The position numbers and the translations under genes were made by a program. From Terriglobia bacterium (GTDB lineage: Bacteria; Acidobacteriota; Terriglobia; UBA7540): a stretch of 64,000 nucleotides of DNA. The notes beneath the pieces were generated by a model. That model was given only the letters and a program-made list of their open reading frames with translations, had not been told where the DNA came from and ran no database searches. Each line of letters begins with the position of its first letter. Positions within the stretch are counted from its first letter, which is position 1. Shown here piece by piece: positions 1 through 10,450 of this stretch. The DNA lies in NCBI GenBank assembly GCA_035652895.1, contig DASRCX010000056.1:21267-85266 (forward strand). Reading direction: 5' to 3'.

Positions 1-6
1 ATGAGA

Positions 7-45
7 ACGGCCAGGAGTCTGGGCGATTCCTGGCCGTTTGTTTTT
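7..45 (+). terminator. Rho-independent terminator of a + strand gene lying upstream of the window
   Basis: Perfect 10-bp stem ACGGCCAGGA (7-16) / TCCTGGCCGT (28-37) with an 11-nt loop, followed directly by TTGTTTTT. Confidence 0.7.
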
Positions 46-103
46 CTGGGAAATCCGATGGGGCCATCGGCCACTTATGTACAGCGACTAAGGAGGAACG
101 GAC

Positions 104-313
104 GTGGCAAGACTGCAAGGCAAAGTGAAGTGGTTTAATAACAGCAAGGGTTACGGCTTCATTGGGCAAGATGGCGGAGCCGACGTTTTTGTTCATTATT
201 CAGCTATTCAGGGCGATGGATTTAAGTCGCTCCAGGAAGGCGATACTGTCGAGTTTGAAATCGTCCAGGGGCAAAAAGGGCCTCAAGCCGACAAAGTTAC
301 AAAAGTAGAATAA
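104..313 (+). CDS. Cold-shock protein (CspA family)
   Basis: 69-aa ORF with a GTG start 6 nt after AAGGAGGA. Carries the cold-shock domain motifs [16 protein letters not shown] (RNP-1) and VFVHYS (RNP-2). Confidence 0.93.
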   Translation: MARLQGKVKWFNNSKGYGFIGQDGGADVFVHYSAIQGDGFKSLQEGDTVEFEIVQGQKGPQADKVTKVE

Positions 314-587
314 GCGGGAATGGGCAGTTCCCGGGCTTCCATTCATTTTCAAGAGACCTGAAAGGCCGAATTTATACGGGCGCCTACTCAATTTTGACAA
401 CTTCTTGACAATGAATGCCCAGGGTTGCTTTACAATTGATGCTGCCGATGCGGTACTGCACTTTCCGGCAGGAAGTTAGAAATTCGTCATGGAATACGAT
501 CAAGCGGCAGGCTGCCGGGTAACGGCAAGTGTTGGAGACCATCGGAATCCGATTAAGGAAATTTCCATGGAACGAGGGAGGAAGAGA

Positions 588-1292
588 ATGCAGCGATTGA
601 TTGCCGTGTTCGGAGCACTCTTACTTGCCGCGCCTTTCGGCACCGCCGCAGGACGTGTCGCGCTGACCCATCGGAGTGAAGTTGCTTACTACCCCGATAC
701 AGGCCCGGTGACATCATCGGTCCTGACCATACCTGCGGAAACGCTGGTTAAAGCGCGCCTGATCTCAGGAATGCATACGATGGTCAGCCATGTGAACGAT
801 CCGGTTTCGGCTGAAATGACGGAGCCGGTCTACATTGATGGCCGTGTAGCGCTTCCTAAGGGAACGCTCTTCGACGGCCACATTACTTCCATCCGCCGGC
901 CTGGCTGGATGCGGCATAACGGAGAGATTGCCTTCCGGTTCGACCATGTTACGTTGCCTGACGGACATCAGGTTCCGGTTTCGGCGATCATAACTCGTCT
1001 GGACAGCAACAAGGACCTGATGGGGACCCTTGATCCGGAAGGCCACGTACGGGGGCGCAGACAAGGCTCATGGAGGAGCTTCCTGACGGGCGCTATCGGC
1101 GTCGGCGGTCTCACAGCCGCGCGCGCCGTCGTGGCAAGCTCTGCGGCGCTGACTGTTGCCGCGCCCGCAAGCGCTGCTGTTTTTGTCGGTTACGAACTTT
1201 TCCTGCGGCGCGGAGGCAACGTTAATGTGCCGCCGATGACGGGATGCAGCATTCGCATCCTCAGTTCCCTGAAGGTTCCAGGCCTGGCCTAA
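588..1292 (+). CDS. Secreted hypothetical protein; the central region resembles a TrbI/VirB10-type beta-barrel domain (weak)
   Basis: The ORF track gives 489..1292. The ATG at 588 follows GGGAGG by 6 nt and yields a signal peptide, MQRLIAVFGALLLAAPFGTAAG. The pattern LVKARL..S....PVSAEMTEPVYIDGRVALPKGTLFDGHI...GEIAFRFDHVTLPDGHQVPV is like VirB10/TrbI C-terminal domains. The C-terminus is hydrophobic and Ala/Gly-rich. Confidence 0.7.
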   Translation: MQRLIAVFGALLLAAPFGTAAGRVALTHRSEVAYYPDTGPVTSSVLTIPAETLVKARLISGMHTMVSHVNDPVSAEMTEPVYIDGRVALPKGTLFDGHITSIRRPGWMRHNGEIAFRFDHVTLPDGHQVPVSAIITRLDSNKDLMGTLDPEGHVRGRRQGSWRSFLTGAIGVGGLTAARAVVASSAALTVAAPASAAVFVGYELFLRRGGNVNVPPMTGCSIRILSSLKVPGLA

Positions 1293-1322
1293 GATGTACT
1301 GAAGTCAGGTTTCGCTTCATGT

Positions 1323-2279
1323 TTACTGGGGAGCAGCCCCTGCGGCTGCTCCGCCAATTTCGCTGTAACTTGCCACAAGCGTAATCCCAATCTGATCTCC
1401 TGTTTGGGTAAGGCCCATGGCTTGGAAAGGATTGGGATGGTTAGGATACTGGTTCTGCCAGGCAATTTGCTGGGCCAGCTTCAGGCCCTCCAGGACCTGG
1501 CGGAGGCTTGCCGCATCGTTATCCGACTTGCAGAACATTTTGAGAGTTAACCGGATGTCGCTGCCCGTCTGGATTTTGTAACCCAGCACGTCCACGCCCT
1601 GAAACACTTTTCCCCAATCCAGCTCAACGTCATTCTGCCCGGGCATCCAGCCCTTGAACCATGAAGCTACGGCGGAAGCGACGGCAACTCCCCAAATTGG
1701 CGCCGCCCCTGATTGTTCCTGTTTCACCACATTGGCAAAAGCCGTGTTGGATTCAAGTCCGCCACCACCGCTGTCGAGAGCACTCATGATCTGGCTCAGG
1801 GTGTTCAGTGTTCCAAATGCGCCCTCGGTTGGGCTGAGCACAACCACGCATTCCGTCCCAAGACCCGCGCCCAGGCAGTACCCGGTCTTGCTCCCAATAG
1901 GCTGGGGAGGAATGTTTCGGGCTGCGGCCCGCTCATCGAGGGCATTTGGACGAAAGTGACCGCTTGCAAACCCGTAGAGATTCATGTTGGGACCGTCGGT
2001 GTTCCACCCCAACACCAGCTGATCCACGTCATTCTCTGCAACGCCAAGCTCCGCCATCGTATCAACAAGTTTCTTGAGCTGCGGCCCCATGTAGTGTTCG
2101 CGCAGGCTTGCGTAATTCGGCAGCTTGCGAAGCGTTGACGGGCTGGAAAATTCCAGCCGAATGGTATCCGTGGGGAAACTGTTGAGGGCCTTTGATATGA
2201 GATCCTGCCCCAACAAAGGAGCGGCTCCCGCAAGTGCCAGCACGGCCATGACAAGAGTCAACTTTACGAATAATCTCAT
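1323..2279 (-). CDS. Secreted hypothetical protein
   Basis: 318-aa ORF with signal peptide MRLFVKLTLVMAVLALAGAAPLLGQ. Its ATG directly abuts the stop codon of the upstream methyltransferase gene (TGAATG), suggesting an operon. No family recognised. Confidence 0.75.
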   Translation of the reverse strand: MRLFVKLTLVMAVLALAGAAPLLGQDLISKALNSFPTDTIRLEFSSPSTLRKLPNYASLREHYMGPQLKKLVDTMAELGVAENDVDQLVLGWNTDGPNMNLYGFASGHFRPNALDERAAARNIPPQPIGSKTGYCLGAGLGTECVVVLSPTEGAFGTLNTLSQIMSALDSGGGGLESNTAFANVVKQEQSGAAPIWGVAVASAVASWFKGWMPGQNDVELDWGKVFQGVDVLGYKIQTGSDIRLTLKMFCKSDNDAASLRQVLEGLKLAQQIAWQNQYPNHPNPFQAMGLTQTGDQIGITLVASYSEIGGAAAGAAPQ

Positions 2280-2933
2280 TCAGATCTCTTCCTCGTTCTT
2301 CAAGACCACTACTTCCCGCCTGTGTGAGCGCGTAAGAAACGTTTTCAGGCTGCCATTGGTTATCAGCCTTTCAATCTCCCGGTTGGTCAGCGGGGCATAA
2401 GGGAACTGGCCGGATTCCTCGCCTTCCGCGCCGAGAGTTGTAAGACTTTCAAGCCACCACCGCCCGTCTTTGCCGTGCGCGAGGTTGGGTTCACGGAGAA
2501 AAAAGTAGAAGATGCCACCTGGCTTAAGGAGAGAAATCAGAACCCCCACAAGTTCGGCCACATTCTCGCGCGGAACAAGGTCCAGCAGGTGCCAGCCGAA
2601 AATCAGGCTGAGAGAAGTGGGAGGAACAACCGGAAGCTGTTTGAGCAATTCATCAAGGCGGAAAACGGTCTGTTTCCCAGCCTGCTGCCAATACGCTGGG
2701 TCGCCGCGCTGCAACGGTGCGATCATGTCCGCCACATAAACTCTAGCGTGGCGCTGCGTCAGAACATTTATCGTGGCGGCAGAGACAGCACCACAGTCAA
2801 GAATGCGGAGGTTTGCTGCATCCTGCAAATAGTTCCAGATCCACTGGAGGGCCTGGCTTGGTGCTGCGGAGCTTTGACCTGAAGAAGATCTCCTACGGGC
2901 CCCCTCCTGCGTCTTCACTGAAAACATTGCCAA
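2280..2933 (-). CDS. Class I SAM-dependent methyltransferase
   Basis: 217 aa. Motif I-like ILDCGAVSAAT, acidic motif II VYVADM, and LKPGGIFYFF typical of the Rossmann-fold methyltransferase post-II region. Confidence 0.75.
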   Translation of the reverse strand: MAMFSVKTQEGARRRSSSGQSSAAPSQALQWIWNYLQDAANLRILDCGAVSAATINVLTQRHARVYVADMIAPLQRGDPAYWQQAGKQTVFRLDELLKQLPVVPPTSLSLIFGWHLLDLVPRENVAELVGVLISLLKPGGIFYFFLREPNLAHGKDGRWWLESLTTLGAEGEESGQFPYAPLTNREIERLITNGSLKTFLTRSHRREVVVLKNEEEI

Positions 2934-3056
2934 ACCTGAAAAACTAAGACACCCGTCGTCAAGTCGGTCCGGTCGTCAGGATGGCACGAACCGCTTTCTT
3001 AGATTAACATGCCGCAGACGAATCCCGCAGAACCGCGCAAGCTGAAAAGCACACCT

Positions 3057-3581
3057 TCATTCATTGTCTTCGTAAGCTGCTGTCGCCGCTGCAGCGATGG
3101 GTGTGCGCTCTTCCTGCCTTCCTTCGCGGAGGATGTCGATACTGCCTTTGAAGTAGGCGCCTTCTTCAATCGAGATGCTGGCCGCCGTCAAGTCGCCGGT
3201 CACATTGCCGCTTCGCCGTACCTCGATTTTTTCACGCGCGGTCACGTTCCCATTGACCGTCCCGAAAATCACCACCTGCCGGGCCTGTATCTCAGCCTTC
3301 ACTTTGCCGTTGGCCCCAACCGTCAGGCAATGGTCTTGCAGGTTGACGGTTCCCTCGAACTGCCCTTCGATCAACAGGTCCTCATTTGCGGACAACTCCC
3401 CTTTCAAAACGATGGAGCGCCCAATCGTGGCCTGGACCTGGCCTTGTGAACTCATACCTGTATCTCTTCGATTGCTCTCTGGCATAGGGGTTTCCACCTT
3501 AGATATTTCGTAGGATGAGGGAACGGTTGGCTGCGAATATGGCTCTCCAGGTTGCGACTTCTTATCCTTTTCCCACCACAT
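3057..3581 (-). CDS. Bactofilin (polymer-forming cytoskeletal protein, DUF583)
   Basis: 174 aa. The core IGRSIVLKGELSANEDLLIEGQFEGTVNL...VIFGTVNGNVTAREKIEVRRSGNVTGDLTAASISIEEGAYFKGSIDI matches the beta-helical repeat signature of bactofilins. Both termini are disordered and Pro/Ser-rich. Confidence 0.88.
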   Translation of the reverse strand: MWWEKDKKSQPGEPYSQPTVPSSYEISKVETPMPESNRRDTGMSSQGQVQATIGRSIVLKGELSANEDLLIEGQFEGTVNLQDHCLTVGANGKVKAEIQARQVVIFGTVNGNVTAREKIEVRRSGNVTGDLTAASISIEEGAYFKGSIDILREGRQEERTPIAAAATAAYEDNE

Positions 3582-3758
3582 AGAATGCTCCTGCTGTCGT
3601 TGTCATGGCGGAAAAGACCGCCTGCCGCCCCCCGTCGCAGTGCATATTAACTCGGAAGCCAACAAGATTGCAATGATCTTTCACGCGTGGGCGTAATATT
3701 TGTTGTTTGAGGACGGGCGCAGGGGCGATTGCTCCCGTTTTACAGGAAAATCACAGCG

Positions 3759-4874
3759 TTACTCTTTGTCCTTGGGCCGGAATCTGGAAGAGGCAAGAAG
3801 TTTTGCGGTTTCTGCCGCAATCATGTTTCCCATGGTAGAAGTTGACACGGGACGCTTGCGCCCTGGGAGGTCTGGCGTACGGACGCCGCGCTTCAGGACC
3901 TTTTCAATCGCTGCTTCGACAGCCGCCGCCGCGCGCTCCATACGGAAGGAATAACGCAACATGAGAGCCGCCGACGCAATTGCGGCGATAGGATTGGCCC
4001 GCTTTCTCCCGGCAATGTCAGGAGCAGAGCCATGGATGGGTTCGTACAGCCCGGAGCGTTCACCCAGGCTCGCCGAGGGCAACAATCCAATCGACCCCGT
4101 CAGCATCGCCGCTTCGTCGCTGAGGATGTCGCCAAAAATGTTGTTGGTGAGGATAACATCGAAACTGCTCGGTTTCGCTATCAGTTGCATGGCGCAGTTG
4201 TCAACGTACAAGTGCTCGAGCTCGACGTCCGGGTAAGACTGTCCCACGCGTGTGACTACCTCTCGCCACAATCGGGAGCTTTCAAGGACATTCGCCTTGT
4301 CCACCGATGTCACTTTCTTCTTCCGCAGGCGGGCAAGCTGAAAGGCCCGGTGCGCCACGCGTTCTATCTCATGTTCATGATAAATTTCGGTATTGACCCC
4401 CATCCGCTCGCCGTTCTTTGTGAAAATCCCGCGCGGATTCCCAAAATAAATCCCGCCCATCAGTTCGCGAACGATCACGAGGTCTGTACCGCGGACAACA
4501 TCGGCTTTCAAAGCTGAAACCCCTACGAGCGAATCCAGCACGCGCGCGGGCCTCAGGTTCGCGTAAACACGGAGCCTCTGCCGCAACTGGAGCAGGCCCG
4601 TTTCAGGCCGATTGTCCGGTCGCCGGGAATCCCAGCGAGGTCCACCAACAGCCCCAAGAAGAACAGCTTGCGCTTGATTGCAGATGGAAATGGTTTCAGG
4701 AGGGAGCGGAACCGCTGTCGCATCAATCGCACAGCCGCCAATCAAGCCTGTTTGGAACCTGAATTTGGGCCCGATCACGCCCTCGATGGCGCGCAACACT
4801 TTGAGCGCTTCATCAATGACTTCCGGCCCGATCCCGTCACCCGGCAATACGGCTATTTTGAATATGCCCTGCAT
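3759..4874 (-). CDS. leuB: 3-isopropylmalate dehydrogenase
   Basis: 371 aa. N-terminus KIAVLPGDGIGPEV, and NIFGDILSDEAAMLTGSIGLLPSASL, the isocitrate/isopropylmalate dehydrogenase signature. Confidence 0.95.
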   Translation of the reverse strand: MQGIFKIAVLPGDGIGPEVIDEALKVLRAIEGVIGPKFRFQTGLIGGCAIDATAVPLPPETISICNQAQAVLLGAVGGPRWDSRRPDNRPETGLLQLRQRLRVYANLRPARVLDSLVGVSALKADVVRGTDLVIVRELMGGIYFGNPRGIFTKNGERMGVNTEIYHEHEIERVAHRAFQLARLRKKKVTSVDKANVLESSRLWREVVTRVGQSYPDVELEHLYVDNCAMQLIAKPSSFDVILTNNIFGDILSDEAAMLTGSIGLLPSASLGERSGLYEPIHGSAPDIAGRKRANPIAAIASAALMLRYSFRMERAAAAVEAAIEKVLKRGVRTPDLPGRKRPVSTSTMGNMIAAETAKLLASSRFRPKDKE

Positions 4875-5170
4875 TTTGTAACGGGCATCTTACACGAACA
4901 ACGCCTGAAAGCACAAGATATTAATGAACTTAAGACAATAAAAAGCTTATGATACGCAGGCGATCCGCGCCGACCCTTATCTAATTGCTGTGTTTTCAGT
5001 AGGTTATAAGATAAGCTCAGATACTGGCAAGGAACCGTCCTCAGAGCTTGCTTGAGCGGTTTCTGCTGTCATGCGGGTTTCAGGTGATCCACGGCGAATT
5101 CTTAACCTCTTGGCTGATTTGCGACATGTACCACTTGGAAATAGAAGTCAAGAATTGGCTGGCAGGCAAT

Positions 5171-6763
5171 TCAATAGCCGCCGGGGAGGAGGCGATCAAC
5201 CAGTTCGTTCTCATGGACTGAATTTCTTTCCGCAGCGGCCTCCTTTGCGGCCGTCCTGATCGTATAAACTCCCTTGTTGGCAGCTTGGAGATAGGCACGA
5301 GCCGCGGCCTCAACGACGTTGTAGCTTGTCGATTTCCCGGAGAACTCCCTTCCCTGGAACCTGGCCCGGATGATGACCTCAGCCGTCCCATCAACTCCGG
5401 CTCCCAAGGTGTGCACAGAGAAATCGATGACCGTTCCTGGAATTCCGGTAATACGGTCTATGGCGCGAAAGGCAGCATCACAGGGGCCCTCGGCCGTCGC
5501 GGACTCGCGGTAAAGCTGGCCGTCCCGTTCGAGCTCGATGGTCGCGGTTGATCGACCCTGGCTGCTGGAGACGCTATCGAGGAGCTTTAACGTGAAGAGT
5601 TCCGGGATGTGTTCGAATCCTTCATTTACAATGCTGATCAGGTCTTCATCGTAAATGTTCTTCTTGCGGTCCGCCAATTGGGTGAACAACTGGTATGCCC
5701 GCTCGAGCTCAGGCTTCGTAAGTTCATAACCCAGTTGGCGGTAACGGTTTGCGAGCGCATGCCGGCCGGAGTGTTTCCCGAGAACGATATGGTTGGCTGG
5801 CATGCCGACCGTTTCAGGCGACATGATCTCGTAAGTGATGGCGTTCTTCAGAACCCCGTCTTGATGGATGCCAGCCTCGTGAGCAAATGCGTTCCGGCCG
5901 ACAATGGCTTTGTTTCTCTGCACTTGCATTCCCGTCAGGCGAATGAGCAACTGACTGGTAGCATAAAGTTCTTCCGTCCGAATGTCCGTATGAACGGGGG
6001 AAACGTCGCGACGGACGTAAATTGCCATCACAACTTCTTCGAGCGCCGCATTGCCCGCGCGCTCACCGATTCCGTTGATGGTGCACTCGACCTGGCGCGC
6101 TCCGCCACGTATGCCCGCCAGGGTATTCGCCACTGCCAGACCCAGATCGTCATGAGTATGCGTGCTCAAAATGACTTTCTCGATCCCTGGGACCCTGGCC
6201 TTGACGTCTGCGAACATCTTTTCGTATTCAGGCTCAAAGCAGTAACCCACGGTGTCCGGCAAATTCAGCACCGTTGCACCCGCCTCCACTGCGGCGTGGC
6301 AGCATTCAATCAGATAACTGCGGTCAGTTCTGCCGGCGTCCTCCGGAGAAAATTCCACGTCGTGGCAGAGCGAACTGGCATAGCCCACGGCCCAGGAAAT
6401 CTGCTTAAGAATTTCTTCACGGGTCTTGCGAAGCTTGTATTTCAGGTGGATATCCGAGGTCGCGAGAAACGTATGAATGCGGGGCTTTGCGGCACCTTTC
6501 AACGCCGCCCATGCGCTGTCAATATCAAGCTGATTCGCGCGGGCCAGGGCGGCAATGACGGGACGGCGGACCTCTGCGGCAATGGCGGAGACCGCATCAA
6601 AGTCACCTTGCGAAGCAATCGGGAATCCCGCCTCGAGAACATCGACGCCGAGGCGGTCGAGTTGGCGCGCCATTTCCAGCTTCTCTTCGAGGTTCATGCT
6701 GCATCCGGGCGACTGCTCGCCGTCGCGCAGGGTTGTATCGAAGATGTACAGCTTTTCGCTCAT
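5171..6763 (-). CDS. leuA: 2-isopropylmalate synthase
   Basis: 530 aa. [16 protein letters not shown] and [16 protein letters not shown] (HMGL-like signatures), plus a C-terminal LeuA dimerisation/regulatory domain. SD GGAGGAAC lies before the ATG. Confidence 0.96.
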   Translation of the reverse strand: MSEKLYIFDTTLRDGEQSPGCSMNLEEKLEMARQLDRLGVDVLEAGFPIASQGDFDAVSAIAAEVRRPVIAALARANQLDIDSAWAALKGAAKPRIHTFLATSDIHLKYKLRKTREEILKQISWAVGYASSLCHDVEFSPEDAGRTDRSYLIECCHAAVEAGATVLNLPDTVGYCFEPEYEKMFADVKARVPGIEKVILSTHTHDDLGLAVANTLAGIRGGARQVECTINGIGERAGNAALEEVVMAIYVRRDVSPVHTDIRTEELYATSQLLIRLTGMQVQRNKAIVGRNAFAHEAGIHQDGVLKNAITYEIMSPETVGMPANHIVLGKHSGRHALANRYRQLGYELTKPELERAYQLFTQLADRKKNIYDEDLISIVNEGFEHIPELFTLKLLDSVSSSQGRSTATIELERDGQLYRESATAEGPCDAAFRAIDRITGIPGTVIDFSVHTLGAGVDGTAEVIIRARFQGREFSGKSTSYNVVEAAARAYLQAANKGVYTIRTAAKEAAAERNSVHENELVDRLLPGGY

Positions 6764-7483
6764 TCAGGTTCCTCCGCCCCTGAGTTTGGAGTGACTTGGC
6801 TGCGCCACGAATCGGATATTTGCGCCGGCCGACAGATGTGTTTATTGTCCAACCTGCTGCGGGGCATTGTCAAATCGATCTTCGAATGACAAATCTGACC
6901 GTACATGACTGACTTTGCTTAATGCATCTGCCCCGGTGGAAATCCGCCAGATTTCCCTTGCCGGGAAACACTTCATTGCCTCATGCGGCATACAACTGAT
7001 AGCATAAATCCGTGGGGCGCTTTGAACACTGCCTTTTATTCATCGCCTGGTTGTGCCGGAACAAATGAGAATCTGCCAATTGAGCATGTGCTACTTTTAC
7101 AAGCTTTAGCGCCTGATTGTCAAATCTCATTCATTGTCTTTGCACGGTCTGGCGTATCCGTTTCATCATCTAATTCATCTCATATGGGTGCCAGGGTCGT
7201 TGCACGCAGGGAAGCAGCCATCAGGATTAATGGACAAGCAAACCGCTTCCTGCAAGTAAATTTCTCCTGGACGTTGAACCAAGAGACTTGATGAACGCGG
7301 TATCGGGAACGAGGTTTCTCTGCGTATGGGACGCACGCGCCTGGCTTTTACTTTAATTTTCGCGAATCTCGTCTGACACACCAGAGTGTGTGACGACCGA
7401 CCTGATCCAGGTCTTAAGACGGTTTCTTTGCTGACGGAAAGGACAAAGACAGGGCAAAGCGCCGCTGTTAATGAAGATCTCTC

Positions 7484-10108
7484 TTGCACATGCTGATCCT
7501 CAAAAGACGCTTACCGGAAGGAAGATTCCAACTGTTCTCCTGCTTGCCAGACAGCTTATCGAAAGCCATCGATCCACGAAGGGTGGTCTGGCGCACCGCT
7601 GTAACCATCGCGGTAGTGTTTGTTACAGTCTTGGCAACTGAGGCCGCTACTGCCCAGACGACAACCGGGAATCTCCACGGGACTGTGACCACGACCACGC
7701 CCCAGAGCCGGCTGTTGCCCGTCGGCGGTGTAGCCGTCAAGCTGACCGGAGTTGGCCCGGGTCTGCCGACGGAAACCGCATATTCCGATGAACAGGGGAA
7801 TTACGAGTTTCGGGATCTGCCTGCAGGTTCTTACACTCTTGACGCCACGATAGAAGGATTCAAGCCTGTCACTCTGAACGTCACAATAGCGGCCGGCCAG
7901 GAAACGGTCCAGAACCTTCAGATGCAACTTCTGGAAATCAAACAGAAAGTCGAAGTGCGCGAAACGGCGCCGGTGGTTTCAACCAAAGGTACAGTCCCGG
8001 CCACTCAGACGCTCCAAACAACGCAACTGCTCACGCTCCCTGTGATCCAGCAGGAGTTCAAACAGGAATTGCCGGTAACGCCTGGAGTGCTTCAAATCCA
8101 GACCGGCAAAATCTACATCAAAGGTGTCCCGGAAAGTCAAAGCATGCTCCTGGTGGACTCCATGCAGGCCGTTGATCCGGTCACTGGCGCATACGCCATC
8201 GATGTACCCATCGATGCCATCGAGAGCGTGGACGTCTATAAGGCGCCGTTTGGTACGCAGTACGGTGGCTTTGTCGGGGGCATGACCAGCGTCCAGTTGA
8301 AGCCTCCCCCCTACAACTGGGGCTGGACGATGCATGACATGAATCCGAGCGTTCGAGGAAAGGCCGGACACCTGGTAGGCTTTTCCAGGGCCACGCCGCG
8401 CATCTACTTTGGCGGTCCGCTCTTGAAGAACAAAATCAATTTCGCAGAATCGTTTCTTTATGAAATGAGGAAGCCGGATGTCCGCGGCCTGCCATGGCCC
8501 AATGACGAAAGGAAAATTCAGGGATACAACTCGATATCGCAGTTCCAGTTCTTACTCTCCCCGCAGCACGTCGCATCGCTGCATGTTAACCTCTATCCCA
8601 GGCGGTACCAGTGGGCCGACCTCAATGCCCTGATTCCGCGACCCGCGACGGCCGACCTGGGACAGAAAGGTTATTCGATCGGCGGCAGCGACACTTACCA
8701 GTTCAAGTCTGGTGGAATTCTGCGTACGATCTTTAATTACACCCGGTTGGAAGCCTACGGTCACGGGCACGGGCCCGAAGCCATGCTTCTCACGCCCACG
8801 GGTATCGGCGGAAACTACTTCAACACCTGGGCGCGGAACAGTCATCAGGAAGAGGGCCAAGCTATTTTCAGCCTCCCCACAAAGCAATGGGCGGGCAATC
8901 ACGAACTGATGACGGGCGTGGACATCATCCATCGCGACTTCACTGGGTCGAGCGATTCGCACCCGGTGCTCATACTTCGGAGCGACGGGACTGCGGCTGA
9001 GCGCATTGACTTCAGCGGGCCAGGGCACCTCAGCGCCAACGATACGGCCGCTGCGGTTTTCGGGCAGGACCATTGGATTTTCAACAATCGTCTGGCGGCC
9101 ACGATTGGCCTGCGTTATTTCGGCGAAACCAACGGCAACGCCGTCAACCTTGCACCGCGGCTCGCCGTCGTCTATGCACTCGATCAGGGGGCGAAGACGG
9201 TCTTTCAGGCAGGCGTAGGAATGTTTTATGACCGTACGCCGCTGCTCGCCAGCAGTTTTGCGGACAATCCCATGCGGATCGTTACGCCATTGGACCTTAC
9301 AGGATCGCCGCTTGGACCGCCGGTACCCTATCTGAACGAGTGCAGCCGCGTGTTATCGAGCGGCGCACCGATGCTTACGAGTTGTTCGGATTTGGGAAGC
9401 TCGCCACGCAACGTTACCTGGCGCGCGCAGCTTTCCCACCGTTTTTCAAGCAAGGTAAGCGCAAAAGTGAGCACGCTTTACAGCAATACCTCCAGGCTGT
9501 TTGTCATCAATCCCATACTCCAGCCGAACGGGACCGGGATGCTGCTTCTGGCCAACCGCGGGGCCTCACGCTATCACGAATACGAATTCACCGTCGATTA
9601 CAGGGCCGGAGAAAACGCGGACCTGAGCATGTCATACGTCCGCAGCAACAGCCGCGGCGATTTGAATACGACCGACAATATCTTTGTGCCGCTTGAAGTT
9701 CCGGTGATCCGGCCCGATATGTATGCCAATCTGCCTTCCGACGTCCCCAACCGGCTTTCGGGGTTCGGTTTGTTCAAACTGCCCTGGGGGATCACGCTCA
9801 GCCCTTCAGTGGATCTGCACTCCGGCTTTCCTTACTCAAACATCGATGTCCTCCACAACTACGTGGGTGAGCCCAACTCGGAGCGGTATCCGATCTTTTT
9901 CTCACTCAATTGGCGCGTTTATAAAGACCTTCCTCTCCCTTTCCACCTCCATCGTGGGCACACATTTCGATTTGGCATCTATTCGATCAACACCACAGGC
10001 CGGCAGAACCCGACTGCGGTCTATAACAACATCACCTCGCCCATGTTCGGCCAGTTCACAGGCCTCGATAAGCGGATCAACGGAATCGTCATCGAGTTTT
10101 CGCAGTAA
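7484..10108 (+). CDS. TonB-dependent receptor-like outer-membrane protein with an N-terminal carboxypeptidase-regulatory-like domain
   Basis: 874 aa. Signal peptide ends ...TVLATEAATAQ. CarboxypepD_reg-like segment GNLHGTVT...GVAVKL...DEQGNYEFRDLPAGSYTLDATIEGF, then a plug-like and long beta-barrel-type sequence. The exact start is uncertain. Confidence 0.85.
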   Translation: MHMLILKRRLPEGRFQLFSCLPDSLSKAIDPRRVVWRTAVTIAVVFVTVLATEAATAQTTTGNLHGTVTTTTPQSRLLPVGGVAVKLTGVGPGLPTETAYSDEQGNYEFRDLPAGSYTLDATIEGFKPVTLNVTIAAGQETVQNLQMQLLEIKQKVEVRETAPVVSTKGTVPATQTLQTTQLLTLPVIQQEFKQELPVTPGVLQIQTGKIYIKGVPESQSMLLVDSMQAVDPVTGAYAIDVPIDAIESVDVYKAPFGTQYGGFVGGMTSVQLKPPPYNWGWTMHDMNPSVRGKAGHLVGFSRATPRIYFGGPLLKNKINFAESFLYEMRKPDVRGLPWPNDERKIQGYNSISQFQFLLSPQHVASLHVNLYPRRYQWADLNALIPRPATADLGQKGYSIGGSDTYQFKSGGILRTIFNYTRLEAYGHGHGPEAMLLTPTGIGGNYFNTWARNSHQEEGQAIFSLPTKQWAGNHELMTGVDIIHRDFTGSSDSHPVLILRSDGTAAERIDFSGPGHLSANDTAAAVFGQDHWIFNNRLAATIGLRYFGETNGNAVNLAPRLAVVYALDQGAKTVFQAGVGMFYDRTPLLASSFADNPMRIVTPLDLTGSPLGPPVPYLNECSRVLSSGAPMLTSCSDLGSSPRNVTWRAQLSHRFSSKVSAKVSTLYSNTSRLFVINPILQPNGTGMLLLANRGASRYHEYEFTVDYRAGENADLSMSYVRSNSRGDLNTTDNIFVPLEVPVIRPDMYANLPSDVPNRLSGFGLFKLPWGITLSPSVDLHSGFPYSNIDVLHNYVGEPNSERYPIFFSLNWRVYKDLPLPFHLHRGHTFRFGIYSINTTGRQNPTAVYNNITSPMFGQFTGLDKRINGIVIEFSQ

Positions 10109-10450
10109 CTCATGTCCGCGGTGAAGCCGATGTCGTATTGACAACATCGGCGAAGTGTCTCGCAAGTTCATTTGCGTCGGGCTGGAGTCAATTTCGAGTG
10201 CAGCAGCAGCAAGCATCTGGCTTCCTTCCACAATCCTGCTCGCACCGCAAGAACAGTCTCCAAAGCCTGCGTTGTGAAGACGACGGTGTGCCGTCTTGAT
10301 CCAAGAGCCCTGCAAAAGGGGCCGAGGCGATCGGCCTACTATAATGGCCTGCACCCGCATGACAAGTGGCAAGGACGAGTTCCTGGCCGTTCTTACATCG
10401 CCATGAGGGCAAGATTGCGGGCGAATCCGAAGCTGGCGGAAGACACCTCG

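Noticed and set aside
395-445. Tandem TTGACA hexamers (395-400 and 407-412) with TACAAT downstream, as a promoter for the 588 gene.
   Set aside because: The spacing from either -35 to TACAAT is about 20 nt or more, outside the functional 16-18 nt range. It is not reported as a feature.
7210-7219. The SRP (4.5S) RNA domain IV-like string GGAAGCAGCC.
   Set aside because: The flanking sequence cannot form the GNRA-capped helix with the symmetric loop, as there is no UCC-GGAA-GGA closing stem. It is an isolated 10-mer match only.
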